Translations under genes and position numbers: made by a program
Assembly: GCA_949298505.1 (NCBI GenBank)
Contig: CASFWW010000038.1
Coordinates: forward strand, 28,725-92,724
DNA from: an uncultured Christensenella sp.
GTDB lineage: Bacteria > Bacillota > Clostridia > Christensenellales > UBA3700
Length of the DNA stretch: 64,000 bases
Reading direction: 5' to 3'
Notes under the pieces: model-generated
What the model was told of the DNA's origin: nothing
Seen by the model: only the letters and a program-made list of their open reading frames with translations
Databases searched by the model: none
In this document: positions 44,813 through 54,804 of the stretch, piece after piece
Layout: the number at the start of each line of letters is the position of its first letter
Position numbering within the stretch: position 1 is the first letter of the stretch

Positions 44813-45970
44813 GTGAAAAAAATTTTGACGTTGTTATTGTGTCTTATGACCGTGACCGGGTTGCTGACGGTTTCCGTCGCCTGCGTGAACGACAGCGATC
44901 TTCCTGAAATAGATATGTCGTTGAGAGAAGACACTTTGTACGGGCTTTACTGGTACGGCGAGGACGCATATGACAGCATGAAGTCTCAGCAGAATATGCC
45001 CACGGAATATTACGATCCTCAGAAGCCCACGCTGATATATTCTCACGGCTTGAAATCCACAACAGAGGAAAAAGAAGTTTTCACTACGCTTGAAAAGACG
45101 ATCAGCAAGACAAAAGGCGCTTCCGGCGAGTACGATTACGTTGTCGAGCTCAAGGAGCTAGGCTACAACGTCGCGTTTTTCGACTGGTACGATTACGCTC
45201 ACGATCTTGACGCGTTGCAGAACGAGATCTGGGTCGTCAAAGACGCGGATTCGATAGAGAACAAGGACAGCAATTATTACCAGGCGGTCAGCGCTCTCGA
45301 CGGCAGAAGTTTTGCAGGCGAAATAGTCAGAGCGATATGTGCGGTAATGCAGAAAGCCGAGGACAAAGAAGTCATTCTGGTCGGTCACTCTTTCGGAGGG
45401 CAGATGGTCACGGCTGTGGCTTATACGTTGTATAAACTTGCCGACGCCGGCTATATAACCAACAAAAACGTGCTTCCCGACAGGATATCGCTTGCCGATC
45501 CTTACATACCGGGTTCTGAAGTCAGCGGAGAAATGGACCTGATCGGAGAAGTGCTGGACCCTCAGCCCACCGCGCAGAAAACTGCGGACGCTTTTGAATA
45601 CCTCAACACAAAAGGAGCCGTGATCGACCTGAACGGTGCGATGAAAGGATGGACTTACGACGGCTACACGATGCTTACGAAAATAGAGGAAGAGGCGCTC
45701 AGAGAGTCAGTTGACGTCAAGATAAAGGCGAATACGGTTTACATTGTTCAGAAGGCGCTCACGTCGGCATACGGGTCTATCGGAGACGTTCACGTCGTTT
45801 CGCGCGATTACGTGCTGACCAGCTTTATAGAAGGCAAAAAAGGAAATATGTCGTGCAAACCGCTTAATTCCATGTCTGCTTCAGAACTCAGGGAATACGT
45901 CGGCAGGCAGTTTGAGCTGAGCGGAAAGGGTTTCCCTCTTGCCAATGCCGTGATGACCGAAACGGAATGA
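44813..45970 (+). CDS. Lipoprotein, alpha/beta-hydrolase (lipase/esterase-like)
   Basis: VKKILTLLLCLMTVTGLLTVSVAC lipobox. Nucleophile elbow GHSFGG. GTG start after GGAGGG. Confidence 0.65.
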   Translation: MKKILTLLLCLMTVTGLLTVSVACVNDSDLPEIDMSLREDTLYGLYWYGEDAYDSMKSQQNMPTEYYDPQKPTLIYSHGLKSTTEEKEVFTTLEKTISKTKGASGEYDYVVELKELGYNVAFFDWYDYAHDLDALQNEIWVVKDADSIENKDSNYYQAVSALDGRSFAGEIVRAICAVMQKAEDKEVILVGHSFGGQMVTAVAYTLYKLADAGYITNKNVLPDRISLADPYIPGSEVSGEMDLIGEVLDPQPTAQKTADAFEYLNTKGAVIDLNGAMKGWTYDGYTMLTKIEEEALRESVDVKIKANTVYIVQKALTSAYGSIGDVHVVSRDYVLTSFIEGKKGNMSCKPLNSMSASELREYVGRQFELSGKGFPLANAVMTETE

Positions 45971-46002
45971 CAGCCGCTCCTGATCGGCTTTGACGAAGAT
46001 GT

Positions 46003-46029
46003 CCCCGCTTGTGAGAGCGGGGCATTTTT
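46003..46029 (+). terminator. Rho-independent terminator
   Basis: ccccgct-tgtgag-agcgggg followed by caTTTTT. Confidence 0.7.
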
Positions 46030-46110
46030 GACGTTTCCTGAACATTTTAGCGTATGTAAGGCGTCAAAAGTTTGCTTCCGGAACGGACAGCTACATATAT
46101 TCCGCAGACG

Positions 46111-46146
46111 TTGCATATATTTGCAATTATGTGCATAAATATCCAT
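46111..46146. promoter_or_regulatory. Candidate distal ARG boxes (ArgR/AhrC operator)
   Basis: Near-palindrome ttgcatatatttgcaa followed by tgtgcataaatatccat. AT-rich TGCAT/TGAAT-type half-sites upstream of argG. Confidence 0.4.
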
Positions 46147-46201
46147 TATTTTGAATATTTAGAAGTTATCATCATAATTTAAACAAATAAACAACAAAAA
46201 T

Positions 46202-46219
46202 TATGAATAAATATGTCAA
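46202..46219. promoter_or_regulatory. Candidate ARG box adjacent to the arg promoter
   Basis: tatgaataaatatgtcaa versus the AhrC consensus CATGAATAAAAATKCAAK (about 13/18). Confidence 0.5.
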
Positions 46220-46224
46220 AACGC

Positions 46225-46251
46225 TTGCAATAAAAATTTATTTGTTATAAT
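46225..46251 (+). promoter_or_regulatory. Candidate arg operon promoter (extended -10)
   Basis: TTGCAA, 15 nt, TGtTATAAT. Confidence 0.5.
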
Positions 46252-46283
46252 ATTAATACAATAAACGAACACGAGGTGTAATT

Positions 46284-47498
46284 ATGGACAAGATAAAAAA
46301 AGTCGTACTGGCATATTCGGGAGGTCTGGATACCTCCATCATTATTCCGTGGCTCAAGGAGAACTACGACGGCTGCGAGGTGATCGCCGTTGCCGGCAAC
46401 GTAGGGCAGGGCTCGGAGCTCAAAGGTCTCGAAGAAAAGGCGATCAAGACCGGAGCAAGCAAGCTTTATATTGCTGATCTGACCGACGAATTCGTCGACG
46501 ATTATATTTTCCCCACCCTTAAAGCGGGCGCGGTATACGAAAACAAATATCTGCTGGGCACCAGCTTCGCGCGTCCCATCATCGCCAAGAGGATCGTTGA
46601 GATCGCTCTCGCAGAAGGCGCCGACGCGATCTGCCACGGCTGCACCGGCAAGGGCAACGATCAGGTGAGATTCGAGCTGACCATCAAAGCGTTCGCCCCC
46701 AACATGAAGATAATCGCTCCGTGGCGTATCTGGAACCTCAAATCCAGAGACGAGGAGATCGATTACGCAGAGGCGCACCACGTGCCGCTCAATATCAGCA
46801 GAGAGACCAATTACAGCAAGGACAAGAACATCTGGCACCTGTCTCACGAAGGTCTCGACCTTGAAAACCCTGCAAACGAGCCTGATTACGACAAAATCCT
46901 CGAGCTGGGCGTAAGCCCCGAAAAGGCGCCGGACAAGGCCACTTATGTCACGATCAGCTTTGAAAAGGGCGTTCCCGTTGCGATCGACGGCAAGAAGATG
47001 AAGGGCAGCGACATCGTCGCATACCTGAACAAGGTGGGCGGAGAAAACGGCATCGGCATTGCGGATATCGTTGAAAACAGACTGGTCGGTATGAAGTCGC
47101 GCGGCGTTTACGAGACCCCCGGCGGCACAATTCTCTATCACGCTCACGAAGTTCTCGAGACGCTGTGCCTTGACAAGGAGACCGCTCATTTCAAACAGCA
47201 CGTCGCGGTCAAGTTCGCAGATCTCGTTTACAACGGTCAGTGGTTCACTCCGCTCAGAGAGTCTCTTAGCGCGTTCGTCGACAGCACTCAGCAGACTGTT
47301 ACCGGAGACGTAAAACTCAAACTCTATAAAGGCAACATCATCAACGCAGGCGTCACCAGCCCCTATTCTCTGTACGACGAGGATATCGCAACTTTTGCAG
47401 AGGACGACTGCTACGACCAGAAGGACAGCGCGGGCTTCATCAACCTGTTCGGCTTGCCGATAAAGGTCAACGCACTTATGAAGGCTAAGAACAAATAA
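46284..47498 (+). CDS. argG: Argininosuccinate synthase
   Basis: [12 protein letters not shown] and [13 protein letters not shown] motifs. Confidence 0.95.
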   Translation: MDKIKKVVLAYSGGLDTSIIIPWLKENYDGCEVIAVAGNVGQGSELKGLEEKAIKTGASKLYIADLTDEFVDDYIFPTLKAGAVYENKYLLGTSFARPIIAKRIVEIALAEGADAICHGCTGKGNDQVRFELTIKAFAPNMKIIAPWRIWNLKSRDEEIDYAEAHHVPLNISRETNYSKDKNIWHLSHEGLDLENPANEPDYDKILELGVSPEKAPDKATYVTISFEKGVPVAIDGKKMKGSDIVAYLNKVGGENGIGIADIVENRLVGMKSRGVYETPGGTILYHAHEVLETLCLDKETAHFKQHVAVKFADLVYNGQWFTPLRESLSAFVDSTQQTVTGDVKLKLYKGNIINAGVTSPYSLYDEDIATFAEDDCYDQKDSAGFINLFGLPIKVNALMKAKNK

Positions 47499-48883
47499 TG
47501 GCTAAAATGTGGCAAGGACGGTTTTCAAAGGAACTCGACGAAAGGGTCAACGACTTCAACAGCTCGATTTCCTTTGACAGCCGGATGTATAAAGAGGACA
47601 TATCGGGCAGTATAATTCATTCCGTGATGCTGGGCAGACAGGGCATAATTTCGGAAGAGGACAGCCGTCTGATAGGCAAAGAGCTTTCCGCTATCTATGA
47701 AGAAATAGAGAGCGGAAAACTTGCGTTTGACTCCACCGCGGAAGACATACACATGTTTATCGAATCCGTGCTTACAGAAAGGTTGGGCGAAGTGGGCAAA
47801 CGACTGCATACCGCGCGTTCGAGAAACGATCAGGTCGCGCTCGATCTCAGGATGTACCTGAGAGGGCAGATAGACGTGATCGTTGGAATGATAAAAGAGC
47901 TGATCGCCGCGCTTGTGAAAAAGGCGGAAGAAAATCTTGAGACGGTCATGCCGGGCTATACTCACCTCCAGAGGGCGCAACCGATCACTTTCGCGCACCA
48001 TCTTATGGCGTACGTCGAGATGTTCAAGCGCGATATGGTCAGGATGTTCAACTGTTTTTCGCTGATGAACGAATGTCCGCTCGGCTCGGGCGCACTTGCG
48101 ACGACGACCTATCCGATAGACAGGGAGTTCACCGCAAAGCACCTCGGCTTCGACAATCCGACCTATAACAGCTTAGACGGAGTGAGCGACCGCGACTACG
48201 CGATTGAACTCGCAAATGACATTGCGATCTGTATGACGCACCTTTCCAGGCTTTCGGAGGAGATAGTCTTGTGGAGCAGCTGGGAGTTCAAGTTCATTGA
48301 ACTGGACGACGCATACGCGACCGGTTCCAGCATAATGCCTCAGAAGAAGAATCCCGACATCTGCGAACTTATCCGCGGCAAGACGGGACGCGTACAGGGC
48401 AATCTGACGACCCTCCTGACGATGATGAAAGGACTGCCGCTTGCTTACAACAAGGATATGCAGGAAGACAAAGAGGCGATATTCGACAGCGTGGACACGG
48501 TGAAGCTGTGTCTTTCGACGATAAAGCCGATGCTCGAAACGATGACCGTAAACAAGGAAAACATGAAGAAGGCGGGCGAAAAGGGCTTTATCAACGCGAC
48601 GGACTGCGCGGATTATCTGGTAAAGAAAGGTCTCGCTTTCCGCGACGCATACAAAATAGTCGGCACGCTTGTCGGAATTTGCGTTGAGAAGGGTACAACG
48701 CTTGACAAACTGGACATTGCCGAGTATAAAAAGATATGCGACGTTTTCGAGGACGACGTCTACGAGGCGATAGACCTCGCTACCTGCGTCAAAGGGCGCA
48801 ATGTGACCGGCGGTCCCGCCCCCGAAGCTGTGAAGAAGCATATAGAACTCATAAAGAATACCGTTCTCAAAGAGGAGAAGTAA
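47498..48883 (+). CDS. argH: Argininosuccinate lyase
   Basis: MWQGRFS, TARSRNDQ, GSSIMPQKKNPD signature. Confidence 0.95.
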   Translation: MAKMWQGRFSKELDERVNDFNSSISFDSRMYKEDISGSIIHSVMLGRQGIISEEDSRLIGKELSAIYEEIESGKLAFDSTAEDIHMFIESVLTERLGEVGKRLHTARSRNDQVALDLRMYLRGQIDVIVGMIKELIAALVKKAEENLETVMPGYTHLQRAQPITFAHHLMAYVEMFKRDMVRMFNCFSLMNECPLGSGALATTTYPIDREFTAKHLGFDNPTYNSLDGVSDRDYAIELANDIAICMTHLSRLSEEIVLWSSWEFKFIELDDAYATGSSIMPQKKNPDICELIRGKTGRVQGNLTTLLTMMKGLPLAYNKDMQEDKEAIFDSVDTVKLCLSTIKPMLETMTVNKENMKKAGEKGFINATDCADYLVKKGLAFRDAYKIVGTLVGICVEKGTTLDKLDIAEYKKICDVFEDDVYEAIDLATCVKGRNVTGGPAPEAVKKHIELIKNTVLKEEK

Positions 48884-49917
48884 TGATAAAAGTTGGAATA
48901 GTGGGCGCGACGGGATACGCGGGCGTTGAACTCGTAAGGCTGTTGCAGACTCACCCTGAAGCGGAAATAACGGGAATCAGTTCCGTCAGCTACGAAGGCA
49001 AGAGCATAAGCGAAGTGTACCCCAATCTTTACGGGATATGCGACGACAAACTCGAAACGGAGGACGCGCTGATCGGAAAAAGCGATATAATATTTGCTTC
49101 GCTCCCGCACGGACTCAGTGAAAAACTGGCGAAAAAGTGCGTTGAAAAAGGCGTAAAACTCATCGACCTGGGTGCAGATTTCAGACTGGACAGCGCTGAA
49201 GAATATACGAAGTGGTACGGCAAGACGTACGAAGAAAAGGAACTGCACGAAAAGAGCGTGTACGTAATCCCGGAACTCATGCGCGCACAGTATGACGGTC
49301 AGCCGATAATCGGCAATCCCGGCTGCTATCCGACGAGCATTGCGCTCGGGCTCGCTCCGCTGATAAAGAGCGGGATAGTCTGCGACAACGGCATTGTGAT
49401 AGACAGCAAATCGGGCGTTACCGGCGCGGGCAGAGGGCTTGCCGATAACACGCATTATCCCAACTGCAACGAGGCGTTTTCGCCGTACAAGGTCGCTTCT
49501 CACAGGCATACGCCCGAGATCGAGCAGACGCTGTCAAAGCTAGCGGGAAAGAAGGTCAACGTGACGTTCGTGCCGCATCTGCTCCCCGTCAACAGAGGCA
49601 TAATCTCCACCATGTACGTTTCTCTGACTCAGGCAGTCGGCGCGGATGAGCTTCATTCTCTGTATGAAAAATTTTACGCGCGCGAAAAGTTCGTACGCGT
49701 ACTGCCTCTCGGCAAAGTAGCCAACCTGCGCGACGTGAAATTCAGCAACTATTGCGACGTCTCCGTTCATGCGGACGAGCATACGGGCAGAGCCGTCATC
49801 GTTTCCGCGATAGACAACATGGTCAAAGGCGCGGCAGGTCAGGCGATTCAGAATATGAACATTATGTTCGGCTTAAAGGAGGATTGCGGTCTGGATTTCG
49901 TTCCGCCCGCGTTTTAA
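48883..49917 (+). CDS. argC: N-acetyl-gamma-glutamyl-phosphate reductase
   Basis: MIKVGIVGATGYAGVEL and GNPGCYPTS (active-site Cys). TAATG overlap with argH. Confidence 0.93.
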   Translation: MIKVGIVGATGYAGVELVRLLQTHPEAEITGISSVSYEGKSISEVYPNLYGICDDKLETEDALIGKSDIIFASLPHGLSEKLAKKCVEKGVKLIDLGADFRLDSAEEYTKWYGKTYEEKELHEKSVYVIPELMRAQYDGQPIIGNPGCYPTSIALGLAPLIKSGIVCDNGIVIDSKSGVTGAGRGLADNTHYPNCNEAFSPYKVASHRHTPEIEQTLSKLAGKKVNVTFVPHLLPVNRGIISTMYVSLTQAVGADELHSLYEKFYAREKFVRVLPLGKVANLRDVKFSNYCDVSVHADEHTGRAVIVSAIDNMVKGAAGQAIQNMNIMFGLKEDCGLDFVPPAF

Positions 49918-49918
49918 G

Positions 49919-51136
49919 ATGAAGGATATACTCGGAGGCATTTGCGCGCCCAAGGGCTTCAGGGCAAGCGGCGTGCATTGCGGAATAAGAAAGAATAAAG
50001 AAAAGCGCGACTTAGCGCTCATTGTCAGCGACGTGAAGGGCGCGGCGGCGGCGGTCTATACGACCAACAAGGTCAAGGGCGCGCCGATTGCGGTGACCGG
50101 AAACAATATCGCGGACGGCTACGCTCAGGCGGTGATCTGCAACAGCGGCAACGCCAACACCTGCAATGCGGACGGAGAAGTCAAGGCGGCAAGAATGTGC
50201 GAGCTGACCGCCGGATATGCCGGCGTGGACGCAAAGGACGTGATCGTAGCTTCTACGGGCGTCATCGGGCAGATACTTCCGATCGAACCGATAGAAAACG
50301 GTATGAACGCCCTTGTGGAAGGGCTGTCTTACGACGGCTCGGCAAACGCCGCGGAAGCGATAATGACGACCGATACCGTCAAAAAGGAGTTTGCATGCGA
50401 GTTTTCTTTAGGCGGCAGGATCTGCCGTCTCGGAGCGATCGCAAAGGGAAGCGGAATGATACATCCCAATATGGCGACTCTGCTTTGCTTCCTGACGACG
50501 GACGCGGCAGTTGCGCCCGAGGCGCTCCATTCCGCGCTTTACGACGTGATACAGGACACACTGAACATGGTCAGCATAGACGGCGACACATCGACCAACG
50601 ACATGGTTTCCGTGATAGCCAACGGCAAGGCGGAAAACGTGCTCATCGAAAAGGCTGAAGGCGAGGATTACGAGACTTTCAAGGCGGCTTTATATCATAT
50701 CATGGTCAAGGTTTCCCGCGCGATAGCAAAGGACGGCGAAGGCGCGACGAGGCTTATGGAGTGCAAGGTCTCGGGAGCGAAAGACAAGACGACGGCGAAG
50801 GTGATCGCAAAGAGCGTCGTATGCAGCAGTCTTCTCAAGGCTGCGATATTCGCGTCAGACGCAAACTGGGGCAGGATCCTTTGCGCGATCGGATATGCGG
50901 ACGCGGAGTTCGACATTGCGAAGATCGACGTTGATCTTTCTTCGTCCAAGGGCGTTATCGCGGTATGCAGAGGCGGCAACGGCGTGGAGTTCAGCGAGGA
51001 AAAGGCAAAAGAGATCCTTCTCGAAGACGAAGTGCAGATACTCGTAAGATGCAACGACGGCGAGGCTGAAGCCGTAGCCTGGGGTTGCGATCTGACTTAC
51101 GATTACGTAAAGATAAACGCGGATTACAGAACCTGA
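49919..51136 (+). CDS. argJ: Bifunctional ornithine acetyltransferase / N-acetylglutamate synthase
   Basis: PKGFRASGVHCGI, and the autoprocessing site ATLLCFLTTDA (the T of the ATML-type motif). Confidence 0.93.
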   Translation: MKDILGGICAPKGFRASGVHCGIRKNKEKRDLALIVSDVKGAAAAVYTTNKVKGAPIAVTGNNIADGYAQAVICNSGNANTCNADGEVKAARMCELTAGYAGVDAKDVIVASTGVIGQILPIEPIENGMNALVEGLSYDGSANAAEAIMTTDTVKKEFACEFSLGGRICRLGAIAKGSGMIHPNMATLLCFLTTDAAVAPEALHSALYDVIQDTLNMVSIDGDTSTNDMVSVIANGKAENVLIEKAEGEDYETFKAALYHIMVKVSRAIAKDGEGATRLMECKVSGAKDKTTAKVIAKSVVCSSLLKAAIFASDANWGRILCAIGYADAEFDIAKIDVDLSSSKGVIAVCRGGNGVEFSEEKAKEILLEDEVQILVRCNDGEAEAVAWGCDLTYDYVKINADYRT

Positions 51137-51143
51137 GGTGGAT

Positions 51144-51995
51144 ATGGACATTTCAACAAAAGCTCAGATATTAAGCGACGCGATGCCTTACATCCAGAAA
51201 TACTACGACAAAATAGTCGTGGTAAAGTACGGCGGCAACGCGATGCTCAACGAAGAACTCAAGAACGCGGTGATGCGCGACATTGTGATGCTGTCGCTTA
51301 TCGGCGTAAAAGTCGTGCTCGTGCACGGCGGCGGACCCGAAATCAGCGATATGCTCAAAAGAGTGGGCAAGGAAAGCAGGTTCATCGGCGGTCTGCGTTA
51401 TACCGACGAGGAGACCGCTGAGATAGTCCAGATGGTACTTGCCGGCAAGATCAACAAAAACCTGGTCGGCATGCTCACCCGTCACGGCGGCAAGGCGCTC
51501 GGCTTCTGCGGCATAGACGGCAATATGTTCGTGTGCAGGAAGGCAAAGGGAGAGCAGGACCTCGGTTTTGTCGGAGAGATAACCGAAGTCAACGCTCAGC
51601 CCGTGCTGGATGCGTTGAACAACGGATATATTCCGGTCGTCGCCAGCGTCTCTTCGGACGCAGACGGCAACATTTACAACGTCAACGCGGACACGGCGGC
51701 GGCGAGGGTAGCGGCGGCGCTCAAGGCGGAGAACCTGATCCTGATGACGGACATCAGAGGTCTTCTGATGGACAAGAACGACGAAAGCACGCTGATAAGC
51801 GAGGTCAATGTAAGCGACGTTCCTTCGCTTAAAAAGAAAGGCGTGATCGGCGGCGGCATGATCCCTAAAGTCGACTGTTGCGTGGAAGCGGTAAGGCGCG
51901 GCGTAAGACAATCTATAATAATCGACGGCAGGATCCCTCATGCGATACTTATAGATATGCTGACAAGCGAAGGCGTGGGCACGCTTTTTAAATAA
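51144..51995 (+). CDS. argB: Acetylglutamate kinase
   Basis: VVKYGGNAM, LVHGGGP, NVNADTAA. Confidence 0.93.
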   Translation: MDISTKAQILSDAMPYIQKYYDKIVVVKYGGNAMLNEELKNAVMRDIVMLSLIGVKVVLVHGGGPEISDMLKRVGKESRFIGGLRYTDEETAEIVQMVLAGKINKNLVGMLTRHGGKALGFCGIDGNMFVCRKAKGEQDLGFVGEITEVNAQPVLDALNNGYIPVVASVSSDADGNIYNVNADTAAARVAAALKAENLILMTDIRGLLMDKNDESTLISEVNVSDVPSLKKKGVIGGGMIPKVDCCVEAVRRGVRQSIIIDGRIPHAILIDMLTSEGVGTLFK

Positions 51996-51999
51996 GATA

Positions 52000-53163
52000 A
52001 TGGATATAAAACAGACTGACAAAGAATACGTAATGGGTACTTACAAGCGTTTCGACCTGCTTATCACGGCGGGCGAAGGCTGTTATTGCTTCGACGAAAC
52101 CGGCAAGAGATATATCGACCTTACCAGCGGCATAGGCGTCAACTGCTTGGGATACTGCGACAGGGAGTGGGCGGACGCGGTTGCAGAACAGGCGCACACG
52201 CTCAGCCACACGTCCAACCTCTTTTATACGGAGCCTTGCGTAAAGCTTGCCAAGACGCTGTGCGAACGCACGGGCGCGAAAAAGGTATTCTTCGCCAACA
52301 GCGGCGCCGAAGCGAACGAAGGCGCGATCAAGGTCGCGAGAAAGTATTCCTTTGACAAATACGGCAGCGGCAGAAATACCGTGATAACGCTGAAGAACTC
52401 GTTCCACGGCAGGACGATCACCACGCTTGCGGCGACGGGTCAGGACGTGTTCCACAACTACTTTTTCCCGTTCACAGAAGGTTTCAGATACGTCGAAAGC
52501 GGGAATATGGACGCGCTCAGGGAGCAGTTTGACGACAGCGTATGCGCCGTGATGATAGAATTTATTCAGGGCGAAGGCGGCGTGATACCTCAGGACAAGG
52601 ATTATATAACGGCGCTCAGGAGTTTTTGCGAAGAAAAGGACGTGCTTCTGATCGCGGACGAAGTGCAGACGGGCGTCGGCAGAACGGGTAAGTTCCTTGC
52701 AAGCGAAAACTACGGGATCACTCCCGACATCACGACTTTTGCAAAGGGGCTCGGCGGCGGTCTCCCGATAGGCGCGGTCGCGGTTTACGGCAAGGTGGAA
52801 AGCGTGATGGGCTTTTCCTCTCACGGCAGTACTTTCGGCGGAAACCCGATAGTCTGCGCAGGCGCGCTCAAAGTCATGGAGAGAATCGACGACGCTTTTC
52901 TCGCGGACGTGGTAAAAAAAGGAGAGTATGCGCGCAAAAAACTTGTAGGCGCAAAGGGCGTTGAAAGCGTTACCGGCGCGGGACTCATGATCGGGATCAA
53001 GCCGACGGACAAGAAGTCTGCGGACGTAGTTAAAATGGGCATAGAGCGCGGCGTACTTATGCTGACCGCTAAGGACAAGATAAGGCTACTTCCCCCGCTC
53101 ACTATCACGGAAAGTCAACTTGACGAAGCGCTGGACGTACTGCTGAGTATCCTCGCGGAATAA
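52000..53163 (+). CDS. argD: Acetylornithine aminotransferase
   Basis: Class III aminotransferase: NSGAEANEGAIK, DEVQTGVGRTGK, TFAKGLGGG (PLP Lys). Confidence 0.92.
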   Translation: MDIKQTDKEYVMGTYKRFDLLITAGEGCYCFDETGKRYIDLTSGIGVNCLGYCDREWADAVAEQAHTLSHTSNLFYTEPCVKLAKTLCERTGAKKVFFANSGAEANEGAIKVARKYSFDKYGSGRNTVITLKNSFHGRTITTLAATGQDVFHNYFFPFTEGFRYVESGNMDALREQFDDSVCAVMIEFIQGEGGVIPQDKDYITALRSFCEEKDVLLIADEVQTGVGRTGKFLASENYGITPDITTFAKGLGGGLPIGAVAVYGKVESVMGFSSHGSTFGGNPIVCAGALKVMERIDDAFLADVVKKGEYARKKLVGAKGVESVTGAGLMIGIKPTDKKSADVVKMGIERGVLMLTAKDKIRLLPPLTITESQLDEALDVLLSILAE

Positions 53164-53173
53164 AGGAGAAAAT

Positions 53174-54076
53174 ATGAAACATTTACTTAAAATGCTCGAT
53201 CTTAGCAAAGAAGAGATCTTTTCCATCCTCAACCTTGCCGATCAGCTCAAATTCAATCAGAAACACAACATCCCCCACAAGCACCTTGAAGGCAAGACGC
53301 TGGGCATGATCTTCCAGAAGGCTTCGACGAGAACAAGGGTGTCTTTCGAGACGGGCATGTATCAGCTGGGCGGGCAGGCGCTCTTCCTGTCGTCCAACGA
53401 TCTTCAGATAGGAAGAGGCGAGCCGGTGCAGGATACCGCGCGCGTTCTTTCCAGATACCTCGACGGCATCATGATCAGGACGTTCGCTCAGCAGGAAGTG
53501 GAAGATCTTGCGAAATACGGCTCGATTCCGATAATAAACGGACTCACGGACTTCGCTCACCCCTGCCAGGTGCTTGCAGATCTCATGACGATAAGAGAAT
53601 ATAAAGGCGCGTTCGACACGCTCAAATTCTGCTATATCGGAGACGGAAACAATATGGCGAATTCGCTGACCGTAGGCTGCCTCAAAATGGGCATGAAGGT
53701 CTCTCTCGGTTGCCCGAAGGACTATTCGCCGGACAAGCAGGTTCTCGACTTTGCGAAAGAGTACGGCGACAAGTTCGAACTGACCGACGATATCTTCGCG
53801 GCGGCTAAGGACGCCGACGTGATCTACACCGACGTCTGGGCTTCCATGGGTCAGGAGAAAGAAAGAGAACTGAGAGCAAAAGCGTTCAAAGGCTTTTGCG
53901 TGGACGCCAAGCTGATGGCGGTGGCGAAACCCGACGCAATGGTGATGCACTGCCTGCCCGCCCACAGAGGGGAGGAGATCAGCGAAGAGGTTTTCGAGTC
54001 GCATCCCGAAATATTCGACGAAGCGGAAAACAGACTGCACGCACAGAAAGCCGTGCTTGTCAAACTTCTGGGCTGA
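53174..54076 (+). CDS. argF: Ornithine carbamoyltransferase
   Basis: FQKASTRTR, HPCQVLAD, HCLPAHRGEE. Confidence 0.93.
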   Translation: MKHLLKMLDLSKEEIFSILNLADQLKFNQKHNIPHKHLEGKTLGMIFQKASTRTRVSFETGMYQLGGQALFLSSNDLQIGRGEPVQDTARVLSRYLDGIMIRTFAQQEVEDLAKYGSIPIINGLTDFAHPCQVLADLMTIREYKGAFDTLKFCYIGDGNNMANSLTVGCLKMGMKVSLGCPKDYSPDKQVLDFAKEYGDKFELTDDIFAAAKDADVIYTDVWASMGQEKERELRAKAFKGFCVDAKLMAVAKPDAMVMHCLPAHRGEEISEEVFESHPEIFDEAENRLHAQKAVLVKLLG

Positions 54077-54077
54077 A

Positions 54078-54767
54078 ATGCGATATATCTGCGATATAGA
54101 GAATAAAAAATTTGACGGTCTGAGACTTTGCCGCGCTGAACTTTGCGATTACGGCAAAGTCTTTTCCTTTCTGGACGAGTGCAGAAACGCGCTGGACAAG
54201 ATAGAGTTTTTTTACCCGTACAAGGAAGAGGAGCTCAGAGAGGTGCTTGAAACGGGATACTTCATGTGCGCGCTGGACGGAGAAGATATCGTTGCGACGT
54301 GCGCGGTCGATCTTGACGAGGAATACGCAAAAACGCTAGCCGACGTAATCAGAAAAGGCTCCGGAGGGAAAGAGGACGTTCAACAGGCATACGAAGCGAG
54401 CGGGCTTATGGTAAGAGAGGATCACCGCGGCGCGGGACTGGCATCTTATATGCTTTCAAAGGCTGTCGAGTATGCAAATATGCATAAAATCAATCTTTGC
54501 GGAGTTGTTTTTTACACAAACAAAGCCAGTATTGCTACGTTTTTCGGCAAAAAATTCTTACTTAGCGCAATATATGAGCCAATAAATGGCTATAAATTTG
54601 TATATTTATTAAAAAAATTCAATTTTCACTATTCAAAGCCGGAAATATATGGTAAAATAGAAATAACGGAAGCCGGAGCGCTGAACTCCGCATTGCAAAA
54701 GGGTTTGCAGGTGTTCGGGCTTGAAGGCGATTCGTTGCTGATAGCGGAAATAGGCCGTGAGGCTTAA
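54078..54767 (+). CDS. GNAT family N-acetyltransferase
   Basis: Acetyl-CoA motif A VREDHRGAGLASYMLSKAVEYA. ATG lies 2 nt after the argF stop. Confidence 0.7.
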   Translation: MRYICDIENKKFDGLRLCRAELCDYGKVFSFLDECRNALDKIEFFYPYKEEELREVLETGYFMCALDGEDIVATCAVDLDEEYAKTLADVIRKGSGGKEDVQQAYEASGLMVREDHRGAGLASYMLSKAVEYANMHKINLCGVVFYTNKASIATFFGKKFLLSAIYEPINGYKFVYLLKKFNFHYSKPEIYGKIEITEAGALNSALQKGLQVFGLEGDSLLIAEIGREA

Positions 54768-54804
54768 ATAAAACAAGAGGGCGAAAGCCCGAGGAGGAAA
54801 TTGT

